32,000 bases of DNA from Candidatus Auribacterota bacterium (GCA_023136205.1 JAGLRQ010000064.1:9526-41525), one strand, 5' to 3'; positions 6,108 to 15,492 are shown, counted from the stretch's first letter. Notes: generated by a model not told the origin, from the letters alone. Numbers and translations: made by a program.

Positions 6108-8630
6108 ATGGCAAAAGAAGCAAAAGCTCGTATACGCATAAACAAATATCTTGAAAATGCCGGATGGTGTTTTTTCGATACGGATACCGCCAAGGCTAAT
6201 ATATGCCTTGAAACAAACGTAAAGATTACCGAGCAAGTTCTTACTGATCTTGGTGAAGATTTTGAGAAAACAAAAAATGGATTTACTGATTATATTCTTT
6301 TAGATGATAAAGGATTTCCTTTTGTGGTTTTAGAGGCAAAAAAAGAGGACAAAGATCCTTTAGCCGGAAAAGAACAAGCTCGCAAATATGCCAAAAACCT
6401 TAATGTTCGTTTTGTAATTTTATCTAACGGTAACCTTCATTATTTTTGGGATATTGAAACAGGCAATCCGCATATCATTACCGCTTTCCCTACATATGAA
6501 TCATTAACGTACAAAAAATCTTTCAAGCCTAATCCGGACAATCTAGTCCGTGAGTATATTGATTCAGATTATATTGCCATTACTCAAAAACCAGATTACA
6601 AGAGCGATCCTAATTGGATAGATGAGGATAGAAGAAATGATTTTATTATTGATAATAATCTCAAATTCCTAAGAGATTATCAGATAAACGCTGTTAAATC
6701 TTTGCAAGACGCGGTAAAAGAAAATAAAAATCGATTTCTATTTGAAATGGCAACAGGCACAGGAAAAACGCTTGTTGCAGCAGGTGTAATTAAGTTATTT
6801 TTAAGAACAGGTAATGCAAAAAGGGTGCTTTTTCTTGTTGATAGGTTAGAGTTAGAGGATCAAGCATGGAAAAATTTTGTAAAATACCTTAAAAATGATT
6901 ATAAATCTGTAATTTACAAAGAAAATCGAGGTGATTGGAAAAAAGCTGAAATTGTAGTTTCCACTGTTCAATCATTTCTTTTTAATAACAAGTATAAAGA
7001 TTTATTCTCACCAACTGATTTTGATTTGGTTATATCCGACGAAGCTCATAGGTCGATAGGCGGCAACAGCCGGGCAGTGTTTGAATATTTCACTGGTTAT
7101 AAATTAGGGCTCACCGCAACGCCAAAAGATTATTTAAAAAAGATTGACGAAAAGAAATTAGCTGAGAAAGACCCGCGTAAATTAGAAAGACGTCAGTTGC
7201 TTGATACTTACAAAACCTTTGGATGCGAGGCGAGCAATCCAACATTCAGGTATACTCTTTTGGATGGAGTAAAAGACGATTATCTCGTAAACCCTATTGT
7301 TGTAGATGCCAGAACAGATATAACAACCGAATTGCTTTCAGAAATGGGCTATTCTGTACTAATAGAAAATGAGGAAGGCGAAGAGGAAGAAAAGACTTAT
7401 TTCCAAAAGGATTTTGAACGAAAATTCTACTCAGAAAAGACTAACAGGACATTGTGCCGGACATTTTTAGAAAAAGCACTAAGAGACCCGTTAACTGGCG
7501 AGATTGGCAAAAGTATTATTTTTTGCGTTAGCCAAAATCACGCTTCGAAAATCACACAGATACTTAATGAGCTGGCACATAAGGTTTATCCGGGTAAATA
7601 CAAATCTGATTTTGCGGTGCAAGTAATATCCCATATTGATGGCTCCCAGCAAATGACAATTAACTTTTCAAACAATAATCTAAATGGGCATACAATCTTT
7701 AAGGACGGCTATAATTCCAGCAAGACCCGGGTGTGCGTTACCGTAGGGATGATGACAACAGGTTATGATTGTGAGGATATTTTAAATTTATGCCTAATGC
7801 GTCCTATCTTTTCCCCTCAAAATTTTATTCAGATGAAAGGGCGGGGAACCAGAAAATATGATTTTGTTTATAGCGAAAGAAACGAGCTGGGAAAGATAGA
7901 AAAATATGTGGTTAAAAAGGAGAGGTTTAAACTTTTTGATTTCTTTGCCAATTGCGAATATTTTGAAGAAAAATTTAATTATGATGAAGTTATAGAACTG
8001 CCACCGGAAACCGGAAAAGGGCCGGGGCCGTTTCCCCCGCCGTCACCATCGTATGAATATGAAAATACGCGTCTTGACCCCTTAAAAGAAATTGCCGAGA
8101 CGCCTATAGGTTTTGAAGGCATGAAAATTGACCGGAAGTTTTTTGAGAAGTTTGAAGAAGTTGTTAAAGGTAATGAATATGTTAAAGACAAAATTTATGA
8201 AGGCAAATACGAAGAAGCCGAAAGCTATATAAAAAGAGAAGTTTTTGATAAACCGGAAGAATATTTTAACCTGGATAAATTAAGAAGGTCAGTTAAACTT
8301 GACCGCCGGCTAAGTTTGCGTGAAATATTAGAGAAGATATTTGGACGCATTAAAAAATTTAAAACAAAGGATGATTTGCTCGAAGAAGAAATTGAAAAAT
8401 TTATCTCTCTTTATCATCCCGAAAATAAGTTTATTCATATTATACGCCAGTTTATGAAGGCATATATTTTAGATACCGAGTTGCGGGAAATTTTGAACTC
8501 TAAAGAATATGGCAGGCTTGAAACTAATCCCGGCTTTACAATGAGGGATTTAAAAGAGCTTGATGGGTGGAAAGACCCGGTTGTTGAGTATATAAAAGAT
8601 TATGTGCCATTGAATGCCTTTGCGGCTTAA
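6108..8630 (+). CDS. hsdR: type I restriction enzyme R subunit
   Basis: HsdR-type N-terminus (AKARIRINKYLENAGW) with a PD-(D/E)xK-like core (TDYILLD...VVLEAKKE). SF2 helicase motifs: I MATGTGKT (6747-6770), II DEAH (7038-7049), III GLTATP, VI QMKGRGTR. Long helical C-terminal region as in the EcoEI/EcoAI-type R subunits. Confidence 0.88.
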   Translation: MAKEAKARIRINKYLENAGWCFFDTDTAKANICLETNVKITEQVLTDLGEDFEKTKNGFTDYILLDDKGFPFVVLEAKKEDKDPLAGKEQARKYAKNLNVRFVILSNGNLHYFWDIETGNPHIITAFPTYESLTYKKSFKPNPDNLVREYIDSDYIAITQKPDYKSDPNWIDEDRRNDFIIDNNLKFLRDYQINAVKSLQDAVKENKNRFLFEMATGTGKTLVAAGVIKLFLRTGNAKRVLFLVDRLELEDQAWKNFVKYLKNDYKSVIYKENRGDWKKAEIVVSTVQSFLFNNKYKDLFSPTDFDLVISDEAHRSIGGNSRAVFEYFTGYKLGLTATPKDYLKKIDEKKLAEKDPRKLERRQLLDTYKTFGCEASNPTFRYTLLDGVKDDYLVNPIVVDARTDITTELLSEMGYSVLIENEEGEEEEKTYFQKDFERKFYSEKTNRTLCRTFLEKALRDPLTGEIGKSIIFCVSQNHASKITQILNELAHKVYPGKYKSDFAVQVISHIDGSQQMTINFSNNNLNGHTIFKDGYNSSKTRVCVTVGMMTTGYDCEDILNLCLMRPIFSPQNFIQMKGRGTRKYDFVYSERNELGKIEKYVVKKERFKLFDFFANCEYFEEKFNYDEVIELPPETGKGPGPFPPPSPSYEYENTRLDPLKEIAETPIGFEGMKIDRKFFEKFEEVVKGNEYVKDKIYEGKYEEAESYIKREVFDKPEEYFNLDKLRRSVKLDRRLSLREILEKIFGRIKKFKTKDDLLEEEIEKFISLYHPENKFIHIIRQFMKAYILDTELREILNSKEYGRLETNPGFTMRDLKELDGWKDPVVEYIKDYVPLNAFAA

Positions 8631-8644
8631 AGGAAAATTACGAT

Positions 8645-11044
8645 ATGCTAACCAACGGAACAAAAAGACGCATTGATACAGCAAGGGATATCCTTGTCGG
8701 AAAACTCCCTGACCCCAAGACACAGGTTGAACAGATTACCATAGCTCTTATTTATAAATTTATGGACGATATGGACAAACAGTCTGAGGAATTGGGAGGA
8801 AGACCCAAATTTTTTACCGGTGAATACAAGAAATACTCATGGAGTAAGATTTTCGATCCTCGTGTGAGTGGGCATGAACTTGTTGGTTTATATGGCGAAG
8901 CTGTTCAGCGGATGAATCAGAATCCGAATATCCCGCAGTTATTTAGGGATATTTTTAAAAATGCTTATTTGCCGTATCGTGATCCTGAAACCTTAAAAAG
9001 TTTTCTTAAATGTATTGGCGAGTTTGAATATGACCATAGCGAGAAATTAGGAGATGCCTTTGAGTACCTGCTTTCTGTAATGGGCTCACAAGGCGATGCC
9101 GGACAGTTTAGGACGCCCAGACATATTATTGATTTTATAGTGAAGGTGGTTGACCCAGGAAAAAACGAGACTATTCTTGATCCCGCCTGCGGTACGGCCG
9201 GATTCTTGATTTCTTCGTATAAGCATATCTTAGAAAAAAATAAAAAAGACGGCCGGGTACATTTAACTCCAGCTCAAAAGAAAAGGCTCATTGAAAACTT
9301 TTCAGGTTATGATATTTCGCCGGATATGGTGAGATTGTCATTGGTTAATATGTATCTGCACGGGTTTAAGAATCCCAAAATCTATGAGTATGATACATTA
9401 ACCTCAGAGGAAAAATGGCAGGAAGTATTTGATGTAATATTAGCAAATCCGCCGTTCATGAGCCCAAAAGGCGGGATAAGGCCGCATAAACGGTTTAGTG
9501 TGCAGGCAAAGCGTTCGGAGGTGCTTTTTGTTGATTATATTACTGAGCACTTAAATCCTAACGGCCGGGCGGGCATTATTGTTCCCGAAGGCATTATCTT
9601 TCAGTCAGGCACTGCTTATAAGAAACTGCGCAAGATGTTAGTCGACCGTTCACTTTATGTGGTTGTATCTTTGCCCGCGGGAGTGTTTAACCCTTACTCC
9701 GGAGTTAAGACATCAATATTGATGTTGGATAAAAATTTGGCAAAAAAGACGAATAGGATTTTATTTATAAAAATCAACAATGATGGCTTTGGGTTGGGCG
9801 CACAGAGAAGAGAGGTTAAGGGAAGCGATTTGCCATTGGCTTTAGAAGTAATCACGAGATACAAGCAGAGCATTATTGAAAATAAAGAATTTGAGTTCAG
9901 TTCTGATGAAGCGAAGCTTGCCTCTCTGGTTGAGCAAACAAAAATCGCAGAAAGTGGAGATTATAATCTTAATGGTAATCGGTATTCAGTTTCAGAAATA
10001 ACTACAACAGAATATCCAGTGGTGAAATTAGAGGAAGTGGCGAAGATTATCGCAGGGCAATCGCCAGAAGGAAAATATTATAATTCTAAAAGTAAAGGAA
10101 CTCCTTTTTATCAAGGGAAAACAGATTTTGGGAATATTTATCTTGGCAAACCTAGTAAGTGGACTACACGTGTTACTAAGGTCGCTGTTGCTAATGATAT
10201 TTTGATGTCAGTCAGAGCGCCTGTTGGCCCTGTGAATATTTGTAGCGATAAAATATGTATAGGAAGAGGTCTATCTGCTATTCACGTTGGAGATAGGATT
10301 AATTATAAATATTTATTTTATCTTCTGAAATCTAAAGAAAATGATATTAAAGGCGGTGGTGGTTCTGTCTTTGATAGCATAAGTAGAAAACAGATTGAAA
10401 ATATAAAAATCCCCCTTCCCTCGCTTGAAGTGCAGGAACAGATTATTGCCGAACTGGACAGTTATCAGAAAATAATCGAGGGCGCGTGTCAGGTTGTCGA
10501 AAACTACAAACCGCATATTGATATTAATCCTGATTGGGAAATGGTGGAGTTTAAAAAAGTTTGTAGCTTTGAATATGGAAGTAGTTTACCTTCAAAAAAT
10601 CGAAAAGGCACTAAATATCCAGTTATGGGATCAAATGGTATTGCTGGTTATCATGATGATTATATAGTAAAAGGCCCTGCGATTATTATTGGCCGTAAAG
10701 GGTCAGCCGGAGAAGTTGTATGGGTTGACTCAAATTGTTTTCCAATTGATACAACATATTATGTTGAGCTGAAAGATAAATCATATAGTTTCAAATTTTT
10801 ATATTTCGTTCTACAAGGTCTTAACTTACCACAATTAAAAGGTGGTGCAGGTATCCCTGGCTTAAACAGAAACGATGTATATAGGATATATAAGTTGCCT
10901 TATCCGTCCGTTGATATCCAAAAAAGAATTGTTGCCCAGATCGAAAAAGAACAAAAAGCAGTTGAAGCCACAAAAGATTTAATCACGCTCTTTGAACAAA
11001 AAATAAAACAAAAAATCAGAGAGATTTGGGGTAAAGAAAAATGA
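8645..11044 (+). CDS. hsdM: type I R-M methyltransferase fused to a complete two-TRD specificity subunit (HsdM-HsdS fusion)
   Basis: AAGGAAA lies upstream of the ATG. N-terminal HsdM part: FRTPRHIIDF, motif I LDPACGTAGFL, MYLHG, motif IV NPPF (9446-9457). From ~nt 10007 there are two HsdS-like target-recognition domains (VKLEEVAKIIAGQSP...; VEFKKVCSFEYGSSLP...). Each is followed by a helical conserved region (LPSLEVQEQIIAELDSYQKII; PSVDIQKRIVAQIEKEQKAVEATKDLI). Confidence 0.85.
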   Translation: MLTNGTKRRIDTARDILVGKLPDPKTQVEQITIALIYKFMDDMDKQSEELGGRPKFFTGEYKKYSWSKIFDPRVSGHELVGLYGEAVQRMNQNPNIPQLFRDIFKNAYLPYRDPETLKSFLKCIGEFEYDHSEKLGDAFEYLLSVMGSQGDAGQFRTPRHIIDFIVKVVDPGKNETILDPACGTAGFLISSYKHILEKNKKDGRVHLTPAQKKRLIENFSGYDISPDMVRLSLVNMYLHGFKNPKIYEYDTLTSEEKWQEVFDVILANPPFMSPKGGIRPHKRFSVQAKRSEVLFVDYITEHLNPNGRAGIIVPEGIIFQSGTAYKKLRKMLVDRSLYVVVSLPAGVFNPYSGVKTSILMLDKNLAKKTNRILFIKINNDGFGLGAQRREVKGSDLPLALEVITRYKQSIIENKEFEFSSDEAKLASLVEQTKIAESGDYNLNGNRYSVSEITTTEYPVVKLEEVAKIIAGQSPEGKYYNSKSKGTPFYQGKTDFGNIYLGKPSKWTTRVTKVAVANDILMSVRAPVGPVNICSDKICIGRGLSAIHVGDRINYKYLFYLLKSKENDIKGGGGSVFDSISRKQIENIKIPLPSLEVQEQIIAELDSYQKIIEGACQVVENYKPHIDINPDWEMVEFKKVCSFEYGSSLPSKNRKGTKYPVMGSNGIAGYHDDYIVKGPAIIIGRKGSAGEVVWVDSNCFPIDTTYYVELKDKSYSFKFLYFVLQGLNLPQLKGGAGIPGLNRNDVYRIYKLPYPSVDIQKRIVAQIEKEQKAVEATKDLITLFEQKIKQKIREIWGKEK

Positions 11045-11907
11045 CTACTGAGGAAATAGATCAAAGAATTAAAGGGTTAAGAGATTTAAATTTAAAAAAT
11101 GAAATGTCCAAAGCTATATTTGAAGAGGTCTGGGATTTAATGAAGATTGGATATAAATGTATACACTTCCCGGGCTATCATAAATATGTATATCGAGCCA
11201 GGAAAAATGAAAAAACAAAAAACAAATTTACGTTTTTTAAACATGTAAAGAAAATATGGTGCCGCAATCCTGAGGATGTATTGGATTTTGGACGTGTACA
11301 TTGGCCAAAACATCCTGTTTTTTATTGTAGCGGTTCATTGAAAACTGCAATATTAGAAATAAAGCCGGATTATCACGGCTTAGTTACTGTTATGAGATGT
11401 CGGAGGAAAAACTCGCATAAGATTGAATCTGTTGCTTTCGGATTTCCTGATAGAGCAAAATTTATAGACGGAAAAGGCAAGATAATTAATTGGGGTGAGT
11501 ATAAAGAAGTAAAAATCGGGTTAAGTAAAGGCCAGGCTCAAAAGAATAATAAAATTGATAGATTTTTGAATGAAGTCTATCGGGATGAAGATAAAAATAT
11601 AGACTCGTACGGAGATGATAAATATAAGATTACTGCAGCGATTGCAAAAATGTACTTTGATAATCCTGCTAAGAATTCACATAAACTGGATTGTATATGT
11701 TATCCCAGCGTTAGTGAAGTGAAAGGGGCTACTAATTATGCTTTTACCAAAAGGGTTGCGGATACGATTTTAGAGCCGGACAGTTTTTATGTTTTTGAGA
11801 TATGTCCGGGTGAGAAGTTTGGAAAGTTTGCGCTTAAACTAATTTGTTTTTCTATGAATGTTGATATGACAGGAAAAATTGCGTGGGAAAATATAATTAT
11901 AAAATAA
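11041..11907 (+). CDS. RES-domain protein (putative NAD+-targeting toxin/effector)
   Basis: The start overlaps the hsdM-S stop as ATGA (11041-11044). YVYRAR...FGR(85)VHWPKHPVFYCSGSLKTAILE(106)I...KYKITAAIAK...LDCICYPS(223)VSEVKGATNYAF matches the RES family pattern (lyRa..., GRfn.pg.pvlY.a.s..tAl.E, Y..t..ia...G.dGi.yPSv....g.N.v.f). Confidence 0.6.
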   Translation: MTTEEIDQRIKGLRDLNLKNEMSKAIFEEVWDLMKIGYKCIHFPGYHKYVYRARKNEKTKNKFTFFKHVKKIWCRNPEDVLDFGRVHWPKHPVFYCSGSLKTAILEIKPDYHGLVTVMRCRRKNSHKIESVAFGFPDRAKFIDGKGKIINWGEYKEVKIGLSKGQAQKNNKIDRFLNEVYRDEDKNIDSYGDDKYKITAAIAKMYFDNPAKNSHKLDCICYPSVSEVKGATNYAFTKRVADTILEPDSFYVFEICPGEKFGKFALKLICFSMNVDMTGKIAWENIIIK

Positions 11908-11935
11908 AATTATTATCGAGAAAAGTAGGGATGGT

Positions 11936-11965
11936 TTAACAATCTTAAAATTGGCATTCTTTAAT
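11936..11965 (+). promoter_or_regulatory. candidate sigma70-type promoter for the SIR2-HerA-KTSC unit
   Basis: TTAACA (11936-11941), 18-nt spacer, TTTAAT (11960-11965), in the 133-nt gap upstream of the AAGGAGA RBS and ATG 12041. Pattern match only. Confidence 0.35.
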
Positions 11966-12040
11966 CATCAGGCAGTGAAGCTCATTGAAGCGTGAGTTAT
12001 GTGTAAAAGGGTTATTTAAAGTACATAAGGAGAAAAGTTA

Positions 12041-13237
12041 ATGATAAAATTGAATCTCGTAAGAGAAATCCGAGAACTAAAGAACCAGCTCTCTTATTCG
12101 AAAAAATATAGTTTCTTTTTTGGCGCAGGCACATCATGTGCACTTGGCATTCCTAATATAGCTACTTTAACAACAGAGGTGGAAAAGGCTCTAAAAGATA
12201 ATTCATTAAATTATTTTAAAAAAATAAAAGAAGATCTAACATCTACATACCCCGATAAAATCATAAATATCGAAGATATTCTTAATCAGTTACGCCAAAT
12301 CAGGTCAATCACTGGGGAAAAAGATGATAAAAGTTATCTGGATATAAGTGGAAAATCAGCAACAGAACTTGATAGTGAAATTTGCAAAAAAATATATGCT
12401 GTCATTAGCACCAGTGAAACAACGGCGGATCTTTCTAATACCAAGAAGTTTTTTGCTTGGTTGAATATGCTAAATAGGGATTACTCAAAAGAAATATTTA
12501 CATCAAATTATGATTTAATTATTGAAAAAGCTCTGGAAGAAATAAAAACTCCATACTTTGATGGATTTGTAGGGTCATATGAACCTTTCTTTTGGCAGGA
12601 AAGTATAGAAAGATTCGTTGATAAGTCTGATTTAACACAAAATTGGATCCGGCTATGGAAGGTTCATGGCTCATTAAGCTGGTTCTGGAAAAAAAATAGC
12701 GAATCAGGTTCTCATAATATCATCCGTGTCGGCATAATCTCAGATATTAAAAATATTGATAATGAACTGGTTATCTATCCATCAAAAGAAAAATATGATT
12801 CTTCAAAGAAGCAGCCGTTTGTCGCTTATTTTGATCGATTAAAAAATGTCCTTTTGAAGGGAGAACTCCTTTTTATCTTTACGGGGTATTCATTTTCTGA
12901 CCAGCATATCAATGAGATTGCATTTAATTCTCTTCGACAAAATAATCGATTATTTATTTTAGTGTTTTTTTATCAGGACTCTGAAGTGGAAGAATTATTT
13001 CGAGTATCTTCATCATACCTAAATTTGACAGTATTTGGCCCTACGAAGGCAATTATAAATGGAACATTAGGTGAGTGGGAATATAACGAAGACGATTTAA
13101 AACCAAACGAGAAGTCAGATAGCTATTGGGATACCGAAAATAAGCAATTGATACTCGGGGATTTTAATCAGCTAATTAATTTTCTAATTACAAACTCTGG
13201 GAAAAAAGAAAACATAGAGGCAATAGCAAATGGATAG
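12041..13237 (+). CDS. SIR2-family (SIR2_2-type) NADase component of a SIR2-HerA defence system
   Basis: Strong RBS AAGGAGA. FFFG(28)AG(30)TSCALGIP dinucleotide-binding motif, TSN(156)YD(158)LIIE, KVH(209)GS(211). Size (398 aa) and pairing with HerA are typical of this system. Confidence 0.85.
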   Translation: MIKLNLVREIRELKNQLSYSKKYSFFFGAGTSCALGIPNIATLTTEVEKALKDNSLNYFKKIKEDLTSTYPDKIINIEDILNQLRQIRSITGEKDDKSYLDISGKSATELDSEICKKIYAVISTSETTADLSNTKKFFAWLNMLNRDYSKEIFTSNYDLIIEKALEEIKTPYFDGFVGSYEPFFWQESIERFVDKSDLTQNWIRLWKVHGSLSWFWKKNSESGSHNIIRVGIISDIKNIDNELVIYPSKEKYDSSKKQPFVAYFDRLKNVLLKGELLFIFTGYSFSDQHINEIAFNSLRQNNRLFILVFFYQDSEVEELFRVSSSYLNLTVFGPTKAIINGTLGEWEYNEDDLKPNEKSDSYWDTENKQLILGDFNQLINFLITNSGKKENIEAIANG

Positions 13238-15014
13238 TGACATTACCTACCTTGGGAAAATAATACGGGTTGATTCGAGTACTGTTGAAGTTGAAGTTTC
13301 AGATGATATCCCTTCCGCTGCACCAATTATAAACGGTCGTTTATATAAAATTGGACAAATTGGTACTTTTGTAAAAATGCCAATGGGAAATATTACAACC
13401 TATGGAATAGTATCTTCTGTTAGCAATACTCCAGGGAAACCAGATGACAATCAGGCTAGGCAGATTTTTGGATCACGTTTTCTTAGCGTTCAGCTTGTCG
13501 GTGAAAAAATTGGGGATGATGATTTTGAGAAAGGCATAGGGACGTACCCTACTATTAATGATGCAGTTCATATTGTAGTTGAAAAGGACTTGTTTAATAT
13601 ATATGGGGAAAAAGATACTGGCTCTATAGAAATAGGAAAGCACTCCTCTTCTGATAATTTATCTGTATGTGTAGATATTCATAAACTCATATTGCGTCAT
13701 TGCGCGATATTAGGTTCTACTGGAAGTGGAAAATCAAATACAACTGTTAGTATTCTTAAGGCAATATTAAACAATTATCTTGGTTCAAGAGTTATTTTAG
13801 TTGATCCACACGGTGAATATGCTTCAGCATTTCCAGATGCGAAAGTTTATAAAATCAATGATTCTTCCGATCCGTTGTATATTCCTTTTTGGTTGATGAA
13901 TTTTGATGAATTGGCATTTTTTCTTGTCGGAGCTAAACCAACTGATGATCAAAGGCCAGAGTATCGATTATTAAGGGAATGGATAACGGGTTATAAAAAA
14001 GAAAATTATCAACTCAAATCAGGTGATGTAAATCGAGACTTTATTACTGCCGATTCGCCAATTCCTTTTAATGCTAGAAAACTTTGGCATGACATGAACT
14101 GGTGGCTGAATGCTACTTTCTCAGAATCTACAAAAGACAAACAAACAAAAGATAATGCGCAATTACAGAAGGATGAAGATGGCAATCCCAAGAATGGTAA
14201 TTATGACGAATTAAGACAAGCAGAATTTAAACCCTATCCAATGGGGAGTAATGCACCATATAAATCAAAACACCAAGATTTTTATTCATATGAAAAAAAG
14301 CTTCTATCACGGCTCAAAGATTCTCGGTTTGATTTTATGTTTCATCCTGGAGATTACAAAGATAAATCTTCCTTGAAGGATTTGCATAATTTGTTAAATG
14401 ACTGGATAGGAAGTGATAGTAAATTGGTAATACTTGACCTTGGCGGAATCCCATTTGAGGTTTTAGATATTGCAATCGGACTAATTACAAGATTTGTGTA
14501 TGACAGTATGTTTTGGGGGCGGAATGAATCTTACACGGGAAGAAATAGACCTCTTTTGCTTGCTTATGAAGAAGCTCACACTTATTTGAACAAGAATGAT
14601 AATAACAGTTATTCAAAAAACGCGGTTGAACGAATTTTTAAAGAAGGTCGTAAATTTGGTGTTGGTGCGTTAGTTATATCGCAAAGACCTTCTGAAATTT
14701 CAGAAACCATTCTGGCTCAAATTGGAACATTCATAGCTTTGCGATTAACAAATTCAGGAGATCAGTCTATTGTTAAATCTTCATCACCTGACAATCTAAA
14801 TAGCTTGATCGATTTATTACCTTCTTTGAGAATTGGTGAGGCCGTTATTGTTGGTGAAGCGATCAAAATACCTTCTAGAATTAGAGTAAAACTTAATAAT
14901 CCAAGACCAACGAGTGATGACCCTAAACTTATAGAGTGCTGGAGTAAAACACATTCCACCTCTGATGATAAGTACAAATCGGTAGTAACCAAAATAAGAG
15001 AACAAAGGAGATAA
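13230..15014 (+). CDS. herA: HerA-type hexameric ATPase/helicase of the SIR2-HerA system
   Basis: 8-nt overlap with the SIR2 gene (ATGGATAG). N-terminal HAS-barrel-like segment (GKIIRVDSSTVEVEV...IGQIGTFVKM...YGIVSSV). Walker A GSTGSGKS (aa 162-169), Walker B-like RPLLLAYEEAH, and RKFGVGALVISQRPSE. Confidence 0.88.
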   Translation: MDSDITYLGKIIRVDSSTVEVEVSDDIPSAAPIINGRLYKIGQIGTFVKMPMGNITTYGIVSSVSNTPGKPDDNQARQIFGSRFLSVQLVGEKIGDDDFEKGIGTYPTINDAVHIVVEKDLFNIYGEKDTGSIEIGKHSSSDNLSVCVDIHKLILRHCAILGSTGSGKSNTTVSILKAILNNYLGSRVILVDPHGEYASAFPDAKVYKINDSSDPLYIPFWLMNFDELAFFLVGAKPTDDQRPEYRLLREWITGYKKENYQLKSGDVNRDFITADSPIPFNARKLWHDMNWWLNATFSESTKDKQTKDNAQLQKDEDGNPKNGNYDELRQAEFKPYPMGSNAPYKSKHQDFYSYEKKLLSRLKDSRFDFMFHPGDYKDKSSLKDLHNLLNDWIGSDSKLVILDLGGIPFEVLDIAIGLITRFVYDSMFWGRNESYTGRNRPLLLAYEEAHTYLNKNDNNSYSKNAVERIFKEGRKFGVGALVISQRPSEISETILAQIGTFIALRLTNSGDQSIVKSSSPDNLNSLIDLLPSLRIGEAVIVGEAIKIPSRIRVKLNNPRPTSDDPKLIECWSKTHSTSDDKYKSVVTKIREQRR

Positions 15015-15016
15015 TA

Positions 15017-15229
15017 ATGGACAGAAACAACATTGATTCTTCAATGATTCGGAGCATTGGCTATGACGCAAACAGCTCTACTCTTGAAATAGAATTCAAT
15101 AGTGGTGCAATTTGGCAGTATTTTGATTTTCCAGAATCATCTTGGTGTGAGTTCAATACCTCAGATTCTAAAGGAAAGTTTTTTCTTCGAGAAATAAAAA
15201 AGCAATATTCTGAATCGCAAGTTGGATGA
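15017..15229 (+). CDS. KTSC-domain small protein
   Basis: ATG lies 2 nt after the herA stop, with AAGGAG inside the herA 3' end. IRSIGYDANSSTLEIEFNSGAIWQYFDFPESSWCEFNTSDSKGKFFLREIKKQY fits the KTSC pattern (i.svgYd....L.veF.sG.vY.Y.dvp...y..l..a.S.G.yfn..Ik..Y). Confidence 0.65.
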   Translation: MDRNNIDSSMIRSIGYDANSSTLEIEFNSGAIWQYFDFPESSWCEFNTSDSKGKFFLREIKKQYSESQVG

Positions 15230-15492
15230 AAAGACATAAGGCACTACACCTGACCGCTATTCCGCTATGCTCATAGCGGCGGATGAGTTTGGTTAGGTGG
15301 ATAGTTGGGGATAAGTACATTGTGTTTATCCTGTTAATATAGAGTAATAAGAACATTTGATTTATACATGAATTGGTAAACATATAAAATGGATGACCTT
15401 AGAAAACAAGAGGGAGTTAAGCCCAGCTGCACAAACCAGTGCTACAGTTTGCCACACACTTGTTTAGTCCATCTATCAGGATTATAATAACG

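Noticed and set aside
15168-15383. 71-aa minus-strand ORF overlapping the KTSC gene end and the spacer (also 15417-15602)
   Set aside because: It is antisense, has no RBS, partly overlaps supported + strand genes, and shows no family signal.
15439-15492. GTG-initiated N-terminal extension of the GIY-YIG ORF
   Set aside because: The extra 18 residues (LQFATHLFSPSIRIIIT) have no RBS support and add nothing to the domain, so ATG 15493 is preferred. The start remains uncertain.
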